DNA of 59,369 nt, filler included, from Dugesia japonica (Eukaryota): NCBI GenBank assembly GCA_001938525.1. It is 4 parts of 4 records of this genome, joined end to end, with 100 filler letters (N's around TTAATTAATTAA, not from the genome) between each part and the next. Parts side by side here need not be neighbours in the genome. Positions count along the whole stretch, not along the records: positions 38,542 to 47,188 come from MQRL01622324.1; positions 47,289 to 59,369 come from MQRL01548509.1; 2 more parts are not named here. One strand, written 5' to 3'. Below, piece after piece: positions 43,338 to 57,132 of the stretch. A program made the translations under genes and the position numbers. The notes under the pieces are model-generated. The model had not been told where the DNA came from. It searched no databases and was given only the letters and a program-made list of their open reading frames with translations. Position 1 is the first letter of the stretch; each line of letters starts with the position of its first letter.

Positions 43338-45127
43338 AATATTTCTTATGTTAATGGTATAGATATGAAGTTAGTTGAAATATTATTATCCTATCTTTTT
43401 GTGAATGGTGTCTCATTCAAACTACAACTTTATATGCGTTTTTTGATTATTAAGTTTGATCAGTAAAGTTTCAACAGATTTTATTGGTGTTATAAAATTT
43501 TTTTTTTAATTTGACGTTTTAATAACAAGCTTTATAATAATTTCAATAGAAAATTTATCAAAAATTGTTTTGTTCTAATTATGAACCTAAATTATAAATT
43601 GAAAAATTATTTAGGAAAAAACATATAACTTCAGTAAAACTTCAATAATAAAAAAAATAATAAAAAAGAGTAAAAGTTGATATATATATATATATAATAT
43701 ATAGAAACGACGATGATTCACAATGAGATAAAATAAAAGATGAGAAATAAGCTCACAAAATAAAATATCAGAGAAAACAAGAAATCGGAATAATTTAAAT
43801 AATGAATAGGTAATTTAATGGAAAGAACGAGTAAATCAGTATTTTAAAGAAATAAATAAGGAAAATAAATTATTTACTAAATTAAGAAGGTTAATTAAAT
43901 AATAAAATTAGATTAGAATCAAGTTGAAAAGAATACTAATTTGTTTTACGTAAAAAATAAATAACTTAAATAACATGTAGTAATTTTTAGAATTTCTTAA
44001 ATGTAATAAAATACGTAATGTTAGAATAAACCCACTAGGTATACAGGAACAATCAGAAACAAGAAAATTCCAATCTACCTAAAATCACAAAGAGTCAGAA
44101 CTTCAACGTTACAATGATAGGAGACTTTCAGGATCGGAAATCATAAGAATATAAGTCAACCAACCACAGAAGACAACAGTTTAGAATCGACAATCAANNN
44201 NNNNNNNNNNNNNNNNNNNNNNNNNNNNNNNNNNNNNNNNNNNNNNNAATATTTCTTATGTTAATGGTATAGATATGAAGTTAGTTGAAATATTATTATC
44301 CTATCTTTTTGTGAATGGTGTTTATTCAAACTACAACTTTATATGCGTTTTTTGATTATTAAGTTTGATCAGTAAAGTTTCAACAGATTTTATTGGGGTT
44401 ATAAAATATTTTTTTTAATTTGACGTTTTAATAACAAGCTTTATAATAATTTCAATAGAAAATTTATCAAAAATTTTAATTAATTCAGATTTTTAATTGT
44501 TTTGTTCTAATTATGAACCTAAATTATAAATTGAAATCATATTTAGGAAAAAACATATAACTTCAGTAAAACTTCAATAAAAAAAAATAATAAAAAAGAG
44601 TAAAAGTTGATAAATATTTATATATATATATATAGAAACGACGATGATTCACAATAAGATAAAATAAAAGGTGAGAAATAAGTTCACAAAATAAAATATC
44701 AGAGAAAACAAGAAATCGGAATAATTTAAATAATGAAAAGGTAATTTAATGGAAAGAACGAGTAAATCAGTATTTTAAAGAAATATATAAGGAAAATAAA
44801 TTATTTACTAAATTAAGAAGGTTAATTAAATAATAAATTAGATTAGAATCAAGATGAAAAGAATGCTAATTTGTTTTACGTAAAAAATAAATAACTTTAA
44901 TAACATGTAGTAATTTTTAGAATTTCTTAAATGTAATAAAACACGAAATGTTAGAATAAGCCCACTAGATATACAGGAACAATCAGAAACAAGAAAATTC
45001 CAATCTACCTAAAATCACAAAAAGTCAGAACTTCAACGTTACAATGATAGGACACTTTCAGGATCGGAAATCATAAGAATATAAGTCAACCAACCACAGA
45101 AGACAACAGTTTAGAATCGACAATCAA
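43338..45127 (+). repeat. ~0.87-kb near-identical duplication across a gap (43338-44197 and 44248-45127)
   Basis: Copies differ by scattered SNPs and a ~21-bp indel and both abut the N gap; probably haplotype duplication. Confidence 0.9.
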
Positions 45128-45570
45128 CCGAAAATAATTAGTTTTGACGACAGTTACTATAAAATGGTATATAAAGTTAAAAATGACAATCAAGTTAGTT
45201 ACTAGCTGATTATTTGAAAGTTTATCAGAAATTTACTGAAGGGGGAAACATGTATAATACTAAATCAACCAACCATCACAATAGTGTCAGCAATTTTTTG
45301 AAACAACAATAAACAGATTATTTCAGTAGATCGATCCCCCTTATGCTGTTCTATTGTTTTTTCGTAATCATTGGATTAATTAATGTATTAATATTTTAAA
45401 TATTTAGTTGTAGTAATAATTGGTTTTATTTTCATTATAGTTTGAGTTTAGAATGTTATATAATGCTTTTATGAAAATCGTCCAAAAACAATTTATTTTC
45501 ATTAAAAACGCTATTAATTTCAGGTATAATTTATTCACAACATTCAAAGATAAATTTATAAAATAAAATA

Positions 45571-45760
45571 CAGTTATCCTTCATATAACGCGTATCTAAA
45601 ATATCAAATTTGGAAATAATTATAAATAAAGCTTAGTTAAGTTAATTCTGCATAAACAGCGAGTTACACGGGGTTCAGGTGCGCGCTATATGGGAGTTCT
45701 TCTATAGCGCGTTTTCCTATAACGCGGTAGATACGTACCACTTTCTTCGACGGATAACTG
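45571..45760. mobile_element. Pogo/Tigger-like MITE, 190 bp
   Basis: TA|CAGTTATCC...GGATAACTG|TA; internal hairpin CGCGCTATA/TATAGCGCG; shares ACGTATCTACCG (inverted) with the 682-872 MITE. Confidence 0.65.
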
Positions 45761-46668
45761 TAATCTAAAGTGCTTTAAATTATTTAATTAAATAGAGATT
45801 AAAGAAGTATTAACTAGTTTAGAAAAGTCTTAGTGATAATGTTTTACTTATTAACAATATTTAAAAATTCCAATTTCAAGATATTAGGAATTAATCAGTT
45901 TAACTTAAGGTATAATAGAGAGTAATTAGTGCCATAAAGATTCAAAATAGTTATAATTATGGTAATAGTAACTAATATACCAAACAAATATATTTTAACA
46001 CAAATCTTAACATTTATAACATATGTGTCATAATATTTTTGGACCATCTTCCAACTAAATATTTGATTCAATGTATACATAACTCTTTACACTTGGACGC
46101 AAAACATTCTTTTATAACTACGAACTTTTGAGACACTAATAATTTGCCTCAATTTTATTAATAACAGTTTTAACTCGTATCTCTCAATGTATTCGATTTA
46201 ACTCGCGTTTATGTGGTTATGAAAGTAAGAAGTCTTAAGCAATTGATATCGTTGTACGTACGACATAGTCATATCATTCTGATTACTTGTCAACCACATG
46301 TGTGACAGTCATTATGTCTAGGTATTGATAAATAATAATTAATTTAAATAGGAAAATATATAGGAATGGAATAGAAGTCTTAGAAGACCAATCCACAGAT
46401 CAATAACAAGCGATGTAAAGAAAGTGGGCATCCCATCATAGAGAGACAGTAGATGTCTTCCAAAAATCGAGAACTAATATTTCGACAAATGAAATATATG
46501 AAGGATTCTACAGAAATAGGACTGAATAGGATAAGTATTAATGCAAGAACAATGGAAATAATCATTAAGTTTTTAATAAAAATTTGATATAACTAATAAA
46601 ATGCTGTCGTTATATGAGAACCGAATCAAGGAATATGTTAAATTAAAATTAGTGTTAAATGTTATTAC

Positions 46669-46815
46669 GGCCTATCCATAAATTATGTTAACAAAATCGG
46701 AATGGAGAAGGTTTGAAGAAGTGTGACAATTGTTGACAAAGCGAGAATGTCCAAAATCAATTTTTTAGGAAATTTAATTAATTTAAGAACTTAGTTAAAA
46801 TTTTGTTAATTTATA
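46669..46815. mobile_element. Possible PIF/Harbinger MITE remnant
   Basis: GGCCTATCCATAAATTATGT resembles Harbinger MITE termini; the right end is only partial. Confidence 0.3.
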
Positions 46816-47188
46816 TGTAAACGTTTGTTCACGTATTTTTCATTATGCAAGTAACTGAATGTTTGTCAGTTGTTGATTAATTAATTAAGTTAATTATTAT
46901 TATTTAATATTATCATGAAATTCAAAAATTTTAAATAATGAACCTTGTTTTGAAAGTAAACAATTTCAAAGTTTAATTATGTAAGTATAAATATTAAATT
47001 TTAATTAAAAATTTTGTTTTGAAACACAAATACCAACATAAGAGAATAATTCTAAATTATATTTTATTGAATTTTGGCGAGTACTTCCTTTTCAATGTAA
47101 TTCAATTCCAACAAATGTAGACAAACAAAAAATTCTTCCATTTTTCTAATTCTAATAATGTCAAATTCAATTATTAAGATTTTGAAAA

Positions 47189-47288
47189 NNNNNNNNNNNN
47201 NNNNNNNNNNNNNNNNNNNNNNNNNNNNNNNNTTAATTAATTAANNNNNNNNNNNNNNNNNNNNNNNNNNNNNNNNNNNNNNNNNNNN
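47189..47288. other. Artificial scaffold-joining spacer
   Basis: N44-TTAATTAATTAA-N44. Confidence 0.95.
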
Positions 47289-47371
47289 GGTCATGAATTA
47301 CCAATTGAAATAATTCATTAAAATAGAAAATATTTTAAATTAATCTCATTTACAAACGTTGTCACAGAATT

Positions 47372-48156
47372 ATGATAAAATATTTTATAATAAATATTTT
47401 ATGCTTGTCATTATCAAAAGTGGCCAAGTTTCAACAATGCGGACAAGTTTTTGTTTATGTTTCAAATACTACTGAAACATTTTGTGGTGCTTGGGATAAN
47501 NNNNNNNNNNNNNNNNNNNNNNNNNNNNNNNNNNNNNNNNNNNNNNNNNTGGTGCTTGGGATAAATGTTATTCTATGAATTCCAGATTAATTGTAGAAAA
47601 TGATATTTCGACTATCATAAATTGTCAAATTATGCAAAATAATACTCATTATTATATTGGATTAACTGATCTTATTTATGAGAGACGAACTAATAAAACA
47701 GGATGGGTCGGTTCTAAATAATCTCAATTACTGGGGTGGAAATGATCCCAACAATTATAATAATTGCGAAGACTGTGTAGTGATATGGAAAAATAAATAA
47801 TTAAGTGTATATTGTAATGGAAAATATCAATATATTTGTGTTGGCAACGCAACATATGGAACTCATTCCAACTATTTCATGAGTACAACTGATCAACCAA
47901 CATATAATATTGATGGAGAATCTGGTTGTTATGATTTGATGAAAACAAGCAGCATTTTAGAATGTGGAACAAAGTGAACATCATTTGTTATTATAAAATA
48001 TTAATATTAATTATTAACAGGGCTATTGATAAATCATTTTACAAATCGTTCTATTTCGACAGTGTACAAAATGATTGCGTTTTGATGAAATTTGTTGATA
48101 GCACACTGCCTTTGACATTCAATAATTCTAATAGACAATGGAGAAAATTTCTGTAG
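47372..48156 (+). pseudogene. Secreted C-type lectin plus PAN/Apple-like protein, disrupted; intron 47974-48020
   Basis: Signal-like MIKYFIINILCLSLS; FCGAWDKC..YYIGLTDLIYERRTNKTGW, frameshift, YWGGNDPNNYNNCEDCV..*..CNGKYQYIC; then GCY..SILECGTK, 47-nt GT-AG intron, AIDKSFYKSFYFD..NDCVLM..WRKFL. Confidence 0.8.
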
Positions 48157-49499
48157 TTCCTGATTGTTTCACTTTATCACTGCACTGAAACATTGCAATT
48201 GTTTTCATTTTCACATTTTNTTGATTTATTTCACATTATATTGGTTTTATTTCATCTTTGTTTTGGAAGTAAATAACATAAATAATAAAAACGATTTATT
48301 TAATATTTTAGTTCTTCTTTATATTTTTTCCCACTCAACAATCCAAATACATTCATTATTACCGTGAATAATAATTTTGTTTAAAGTACAAACTATTATG
48401 GTAAAGAAAAAAAAATATTTAAAAAAAATTTTTGAAAATACAATATTTTGCAATATTTCTTAAAATTTGTATTAATAAAAACTTAAAATAAATATTGACA
48501 AAAATATTTGATTGGTTAAATATCTTAATTTAAATAAATCTAAATCCAAATGTTGATTGCCAAATGGAATTTCTTCCTTGAGTTTTTGTGTTGTTAAATT
48601 TATAGTTGTCAATGGAGTTTTGGAAAATCCTAAAGATTATTGCATGCGTTATGTTATAGTTTTCTCTAACTAGGTTTGTGTGTATTTGATTGCTGAAAAA
48701 TCAGTATAAATACTGATTCAATTTTAGTTTGAGAAACAATAAAAAATTTATTTATAAAAAAATGAATTAAAATTTTGCAAACATTGTGCTTTAAAGATTT
48801 TAGTGTACTTTATATCAGATTCAATAAAATTCATTTAAAGAGAATATTAAAATATTAAATTTCAAATATTTTTTATTGTATAACTTTATTTTTGATAAAA
48901 TCTGAATTAAGATATCCTTTAATATTAATAAATGATAATATTTTTTATATTCAAAGTTTTGTTTTTGTTCTCGTCAAATAAAAAAAATAAAAGAATAATG
49001 AAATTTTTTTATAATTATTGTAATTATAATTATAAATTAGAATGTTTGGACAAAAACCAATCGAGATTCTATTAATTGAGATATTAATTAATTTATTTAT
49101 AATAAATCGCGTCTAAGTGATGACTAATTTCACAATATTTATAATTTTCCACTCTATTTAAACATTTTATTTTTTAAATAAAGTCAACATTACAAATTTT
49201 TTTTTAATGAATATAAGACAATTCCGCAGCTCAGTTCTTTATATTACACAAAAGTGTATCGTAATTATCTCAAGCAATCTGAAGAAAACACCCTGTTGAT
49301 TTTTACTAGTACTAATTTTAGAAGTACTAATGAGTTTGTTGGAACCATCAATTGTTAAATCCAGTGAGTAATTTTTCTCAAGGGGTTGAAAAGTAAGATG
49401 ATATCGAGAAAGTTACAGAAAAAGTATACAGGTTCTTAAAGAGTGAAAATTTTGCGGATGATAGAAATGTAGAATGGGTTGAAATAGTTGAAGCAGAAC

Positions 49500-51000
49500 A
49501 GAGAACCAATATTTTTGTCCCATAAATTGCAAGGCAGACCAAGTGTTACCATATCAATTCAAGAAAACAAAGTTGAATGTCTATTAGATACAGGGGCTTG
49601 AATTAACGTGATACGTTTTAGTTTTTTTAATAAATTACGAGAAGTTCATTTAGAAATGAGTGATGAAAGACTGCGTTGTGCAAATAATAGTACACTTGAA
49701 ATTGTTTGAAAAGTTAGAACTGGAGTGATTATTGATGAAGTTACTGAAAGAGTGACACCAGATCTGGTAGGGGAATAGATATGCAAAGTATTTTTAAATA
49801 CTAGCTTATGCGAAAGGTTGATAGCAATAAGGATGAAAAAGTCGAAAATTACATTTGTAATATTGAAGCGAAATTCGGAAGACAAATTAAAAAAAGAGAG
49901 CGATTGACAAAAGCCTTAAATACTTTGAAGATTAAAAATGATCAGTGGTTATTGAAAATAATTGGAAGTAAAGAAGATGTTTTTATGACAGATAATTGGG
50001 ATGTAGGACGCACTTATCTGATAAATCACAAAATAATCACAAGTGGTGAACCAATCAATGTAAAACCGTACGGGCAACCAATGAACTTAGGATCTAAAAT
50101 TGAAGAAGCTATCCAAAAAATTTTCGAGAATAATATTATACGGAAAGGCAACTCTCAATGGAATACCCTACTGATTTGTGTTTGGAAAAAGGAAAAGAAA
50201 GACATAAGAATATGTTTGGATTTCAGGCAATTGAATTAATCGGATGGAGTTACGAAAAGACAAGCCTTTGTGTCTATGCTAATGTCGATGAAATTCTGAA
50301 CAAGTTAAATAAAACGTAATACTTCAGTTCAATAGATTTGGGAAATGCATACTATCAAGTAGAGCTTGTAGAAGAATCTCAAGAAAAAACGGCGTTTTCA
50401 ACAACGCACAGACAATATTGTTTTAATAGAATGCCATTTGGCATTGCAGCAGCACCAGGCGGAATCAATGGAGCCATGGTATATCTGTATGACATTCTAA
50501 TATTTACGAACAATACAGATCAACACTTTGAAGTAATTGAAAGGTTATTGACGGAAATAATGAAGGCTGGTCTAAGAATTAATCCAGAAAAGTGGATTAT
50601 CTGAGTAATTATCTGAGTAGTCTAGACATGGTGTTGGAATATAGAAAAAGAATTCAACATACTATTGCAGATACGTTATCTAGACCAAAATGTGAGGTAT
50701 GTGTACAATGTCAAATGTCACATGAAGATGACAAGAAGGAGAAGATTAAAAAGAGGTTTCTGAACATAATTGAAAAAAAGAAGAGCAATTAAACATTTCT
50801 AAGGAAACAGAGTTAATTAAGAAAATTAAAATGTCGGATGATAAAATACATGAGACAATAGAAGAATTACAAAAATTAATATTTCATGCAGAAGTTGTGA
50901 AGGTATATGAATATATGAGAAACAAATACATGGCGAAGAATTTGTGNNNNNNNNNNNNNNNNNNNNNNNNNNNNNNNNNNNNNNNNNNNNNNACTTCAGC
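49500..51000 (+). mobile_element. pol: Ty3/gypsy pol remnant, copy 1 (protease, RT, RNase H end)
   Basis: CLLDTGA protease; HKIITSGEPINVKPY..ICLDFRQLN; YYQV..EKTAFST..RMPFG..VYLYDILI; ADTLSR; internal deletions. Confidence 0.92.
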
Positions 51001-51231
51001 AACTAAAGAGAAGAAGATATAATTACATACTCCAGTTGAACCTGTAATGACAGCACACGTGTTTGATATTATGCAAATTATATTTCCACATCTATATATT
51101 AGATTAAAAAGCATAAGAAAATACGAAATAATGGTGGATGCAGAAAATCATGTAATAATAAAACAGAATGTTAATATTCCATTTATTTCCAAAACAGTTC
51201 TACTTGAGTCAATAAAACACTAACACCAACC

Positions 51232-53540
51232 GTGTTAACGAGTGTTAATACGGGATTCGGAAAAACAGAGACTCGTGAGATTTATAATGATAATCAATTT
51301 TATAGAATTTCAGTATCTGAAAATATAGATTTAAGTAGAGTTGGTGAATATTTTATCAGAGGCATGATGATGGACCACTCACATAAAAGAATTACTTATG
51401 ACACGAGTAAAGAATGGAATTTTACCAGGGATAAAGATAAAATGGCCATGGGAAAACTTTTAGTAACAGATGGAATTACAATCGATATGGATACATGTGG
51501 GTAAGACTATATATGTTAGAAAGAAGATGTAAGACTCTACACACTGGAACTACACTTGGATATGTAGAAGAGTTAAATCAAAATGAAGAAGTGTTTGGAA
51601 TAGTATCAGTCAGACAATTGTCCTCTTAGAAACAAAGAACAGAAGTAGAAATTACTAACAATATACTGCAGAAAATTCAAAATGATATGGAAGTTGCAAA
51701 CAATTACTGTGATGTGCTCAAAATATTAGCCATCCTTGAATGTAATAAAGATGTTTTTAGTTGATATAAGATGGATGTGAGAAAAACTGATATGATTGAA
51801 TATAAAATAGAAACATCCGATAGAAGACCAATTGCTTTCAAGCCACGAAGAATACCAAAAGGACTCGAAGAAGAAGTATAATACATGGTAAAATATATTG
51901 GTAAATGTTAGTGTTGTAAAGCCGTGTACTTCTCCGTGAAACTTTCCAATTGTAGTGGTGAAAAGGAAAAACGGTGATAACCGTATTTTTGTTAACTACA
52001 GGGCACTGAATGCTAAAAAAACCGACCAATATTTCCTATACTATCATCAGAGAAAATTTTCGACAGTATTGCTGGAGTTAGCTATTTTTCCACTCTAAAA
52101 CTTTCGAATGGATATCACAAAGTACCGATAGCTAAGCAAAATCAGGAAATAACAGCATTCAGCACAAAGTTTGGACAATACGAATTTACTAGAATGCCGC
52201 TTGGATTATGCTCAGCACCAGAGACATTTTAGAGGCTTATGAGGCTTAAATGAAAATTTGAAAAAGTGCTTAATTTATTTAGACGATGTTTTAATATTTT
52301 GTTAAACTGTAGAAGAGCACAATGAAAGACTAAGTCAAATATTGAGAAGAATAAGAGAAGCTGGACTTAAATTGGCACCAAATAAATGTAAATTTTTACA
52401 GGAAAAAATACAATATCTCGGACAGATAATAACTAAAAATGGAATCGCAACAGATTCTGATAAAATAATGGCAATTCAAAAATGGGAGAGTCCTCAATTT
52501 TGTAAAGAGCTTCAAACATTTTCTGGGTTTTGTAATTATTATAGGCAATTAATCAAAAATATGCAAATTTATCAGAGCCTCTCAGTTCAATGCTGAGGAA
52601 AGAAAAACAAATTTCAGTGGACGGATGAAAATAAAGAATATTTTTACAAGCTACGTAAAAGGTTGACAGAACCACCAGTATTAGCTTTGCCAAAAAATGA
52701 TGGAAAATATATCTTGGATACAGATGCTTCTCACAATAAATTTGGCACTGTACTTTCTCAAGTGGCTAGGAACGAGTATTATACTATACTATGCATTGAA
52801 GACACTAAAAAAATGTATCACAAGAAAAGAGCTTATGACAATAAATGTGTTTTTGTCCTCAAGTTTAAGCACTATTTAATGGGATCACAATTTGTGGTAC
52901 GAACAGATCACCAAGCATTAAAATGGATGCTTAATTGGGATAGCCCAAATACGTCACAATACTGCATATAGAAAGCTGAATTGTAAATCTTTGATATGAT
53001 CGTAGAATTTAGAAAAGGTCGTGAATATATATTAATGATGATGCACTTTCACGATTACCAGATTGCGAACAGTGTTTAATAAAACACGAGGATCCAAAAA
53101 GAAAAAGAAACGTTAAAATNNNNNNNNNNNNNNNNNNNNNNNNNNNNNNNNNNNNNNNNNNNNNNNNNNGCGAACAGTGTTTAATAAAACACGAGGATCC
53201 AAAAAGAAAAAGAAACGTTAAAATATACAAAACAACAGACAAATATGAGGAACAAAGTATACACTCATAAAAGTTATACATAAAATATACCAGGAAGACA
53301 AAGAAAGGATATAAACATACGTATAATGCTTCAGACTCTAGAAAGAGACGAGAAAACACATCTTGACGTAGAGGTAAATAAGGAAATACAATTGTATTGG
53401 GAGAAAAAGAAAGAACTGCAAATACCTGGTGAGATGTTATATTCAGAAAAGGATGAGAAATATCTTCCTATTGTGCCCAGACATAAAAGAGAAGAGGTCA
53501 TTTGGAAATATCATAAGTTTTTTGGGGTATCCGGGAGTTG
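51232..53540 (+). mobile_element. pol: Ty3/gypsy pol remnant, copy 2 (PR-RT linker, RT, RNase H, integrase start)
   Basis: RMPLGLCSAPETF, IYLDDV (52276), LKLAPNKCKF..YLGQII, PPVLALP..LDTDAS, KHYLMG..TDHQALKW, DDALSR. Confidence 0.93.
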
Positions 53541-55884
53541 AGAAAACAAAAGGGTTGTGGCGAGACTGCCCTATATATCTACTTACGTTTCAGTTATTTA
53601 GAATAGATATTAATTGTTAGTTGATCCAATTCAATAATGCCAATAAAATATGTACAATTCAATTATTTATATCACTTTATTAGTATATGTCCAAAGATTG
53701 TCAAAATATAATATATAATTGAATAATTAATCTAATTTCAAGTAACTCCTTTTGAGATTTGGTTAGATTTGGTAATATTTAAAAATATTTTAATTATATG
53801 TTTATTATTTGCTATTATAATTGTTAGTTGCGTTTGGAAAACCCATCATATCATCCATATCAAAATTTGAATTCATTATAACACTTTATTAAAATCAAAA
53901 CTATAACATCATTAGTTAATTAAACAANNNAATTTAAAAATTCATATTTAAAAACGGAAAAATCAAATATTTAATTTTATATTTTATATATTGAAATTAT
54001 ATTTGATTTTTTAAAAAATATATATTAAAAAAAATCTTTTGTTCATTTGATTTTATATTTTATTCTTTTTAAATTATATTTAATTTTTTAAAAAAAATAC
54101 GTTACAATAGAAATTTAATATTTCATTTTTTATATTCAAATTATATTTGATTTTTTAACAATATATTAAATAAAAATNTTTTGTTCATTTTATTTTATAT
54201 TTTAAAAAATCCGTAAATTTTAGTAATTTNTTTTATAGTTTATTTTCTTGATATAATTTTAAATATACTTTTGATTTTACTAAATTCCGTTTTCAAAATG
54301 ATTTTTCTACTTTTTATATTTTTAAACAGCTGTTTTTTAAAAATTAAAATAATAAGTTTTTTAAATCAATTTTTTTGAAAATCATTACAATTCCCCAATA
54401 ATGTTGATGGACTCTAAGGCTTTTAAAGATCCTTTGTTCGAACAGTGACAAGGTTACACCTTAATCTAATAAATCAAACACTATATTATATTTTTCAGTA
54501 TAATTTGAATTTTTTATATTAAATAATAAAAAATAAAAGATGAAAGACAAAAAATAATTTTTAAGTTTACCGCCAAAAAATTTGATCCACGATAACTAGT
54601 AATTTAGACAGTTGATGTGAGTGCACTTGATCACTCTGATACACACTAAAAAATATTTTTAAATTTCCACATCAAATGAAAACCAAACTTGATCTCCCTG
54701 CAACAGATTAAACCACAGCTTCCCACAAGTGGGTGCTTGATAACTCATAGTGAGCCAGTGTGTTCATATCTACTTACTCGGTTTCATTGATTTTAGTTGA
54801 ATAATTACTCAGAGATCAAATCAAGCTTATTTTTGATAAATTACAGTCTATTTGTTAAGGAATTTCATAGAGAAAGTCAATTTGATAAAGAATTTACTAG
54901 GAAATGGTCAAATTTAAATTTTAACATTAGTCGCTCTCCATAGAACTTTAACATTAATGATTATAAAAATATTTATAAAGAAATAATAAATTTTCTAAAA
55001 ATTAATAAATAAATAGTAAATAATAGATTTTTAGTTACTAATTTTCATACATTGATTCAATAACAGTTTTATTGTCATTCCATGTCCTCACAGTACCTCC
55101 TCTGATATGTGCAGTCCAATGGAGCGTATCCATCAAGGTCCGGTAGCATAAAATTTGAGTCCGTTCATAATTGAACTTATCGATCCGGTTGCATAGTTTT
55201 AACTATAATAATAATAATAATCAAAATCCTAAATCTAATTTATAATAAATTACTTTATTAAAATAATATTATAAATTAATTAAGTATTAAATTCATAAAT
55301 AAATATGTTATAATAAATAGTAAATAAATTTTTTATAAAATCTTACCACTAAACAGTGTGAATTAAAGAATTAATTATATGAAATAAGTGATGGACAGAT
55401 TAAACTATTACCTGAATAATCATTGGGTAAATGATGATATTGAGTACTATGTATGTTAAGACTTGATGATAGCGAAAGTTGTGTACTATGACTTAAACCT
55501 TATGATAGTGAATATTATACTAAGTATGATTAATAGGTGAATAATACACATTAATTTGATTGAACAGATATTTTCTAAGGATTTTATTATATTAAGGTGA
55601 AAAATATGTGAATGATTGACTGAATTATTTGGTTTGATTGATAGTACAATCAAAGTACATTTGATTGAGTAAACAATTAGTTGATTATAGGAGTAATAGA
55701 GTAACATTATAATAAACCCATAGAAAATTAAAATCTAGCTGTTCTCTCGGAGGAATATAAACATCTGAAATCAAAGTGTTTTACTAAGTAACTATATGAA
55801 TGAATCAGTGGGTCATGAATCTTGGTGGTATTAGAACCATCATTACAGAAAATATTGTGAAAATTTTAACCAGTTTAGAAAAGT

Positions 55885-56200
55885 TTTATTATTACAAGAA
55901 TTATTGCGAGAATAATTGTTGGACTTAACCGTTGATCGCATTTAAGATTATTTCATTAAAATAAAGAAAAAGCTTCGATCAAAATAAATTTTCTTTGTAA
56001 AGAAATTCAAATTTTCGACAATAGTCTTCTTCAGGAAAATGATGACTTTTTGATAGATTTGAAACGACAATAGATCTTTGTTCTAAAATTCTTTATATTT
56101 TATCACAATTTTATTAGTTTATAAATTTTAATTTTAAATGAACTCAAGTTAACTTTGAAAATTTTTTAATTGAATCGAAAAATCTTTGAAATGTTCAATT
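55885..56200 (+). repeat. Dispersed repeat family A, longest copy
   Basis: CAAGAATTATTGCGAGAATAATTGTTGGACTT..AGCTTCGATCAAAA..TTCGACAATAGTCTTCTTCAGGA. Confidence 0.85.
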
Positions 56201-57132
56201 AAATAGTTTAATTAAAATTCACACACACACCCACCTCTCAGAAAAATCAAAACTTTACTTTTTCTTATTCACTTTTCTTTCCTCTTCCTTAAAAAAAACA
56301 CACCTCAACAAAACTTTTTTCATTGACATATACTACTTACAGACTTTAAAACTTTAACTATAAAAAAATAAATCAATAATCCATCAAATCAACCCAAAAC
56401 TAACGCCATCACCTACCCCTATACTTCCTCTTTCCAACGACAACTCATTACATAACATTATTACATTATTTAACATAAATAGTGATAATACATTGCATGC
56501 CCCAGTGCGCTTACAGGTCTATGACCCACTTACCTTAGACAATGTATAGACCTATTTTGAGGGCCTGGTCAAATACATCGTCAAAACAGCCAAATTGCGC
56601 CTGCACTTTCCACACAATACAACAATACCCCTATACCAACAAAAAAATTAAACAAAAAAAGAAAATTCAAAAAAATTAAAACAAAATTTAAAATTCCCTC
56701 ATTTATGAAACTGCAAAAAAATTCGATTTTGATCCGATCAAAAATCACTAATCAATAAATCCACGATAACCAGCAGGCCAATTCATAGACCATGCTATGT
56801 ATTTCCTCTAGGGGGCCTGACCCAGTGCGCACACATCTATTTACTGTCATCAAATAGTATTTTCCTTGNNNNNNNNNNNNNNNNNNNNNNNNNNNNNNNN
56901 NNNNNNNNNNNNNNNNNNNNNNNNNNNNNNNNNNNNNNNNNNNNNNNNNNNNNNNNNNNNCAAAAAATTTAAAGTTTAACTTCATTTTCCTTGAATATAT
57001 TACTGCTTAATAAAATTATATTTCAACATAAAAAAATATTTCCGCATAAAAAATTATATTTCCGTGAAAATTTTGAATATATAAACAACATTTGTTTTAT
57101 AAAAATAAAGTAATATCGATTAGAATTTAGCA

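Noticed and set aside
43338-45127. Biological tandem duplication
   Set aside because: Both copies end at the N gap and differ at allele level; most likely uncollapsed haplotypes.
56500-56835. Short direct and inverted motifs (CCCAGTGCGC twice; GGTCTATGA/TCATAGACC) upstream of the RING gene
   Set aside because: Too short and adjacent to a gap to define an element or promoter.
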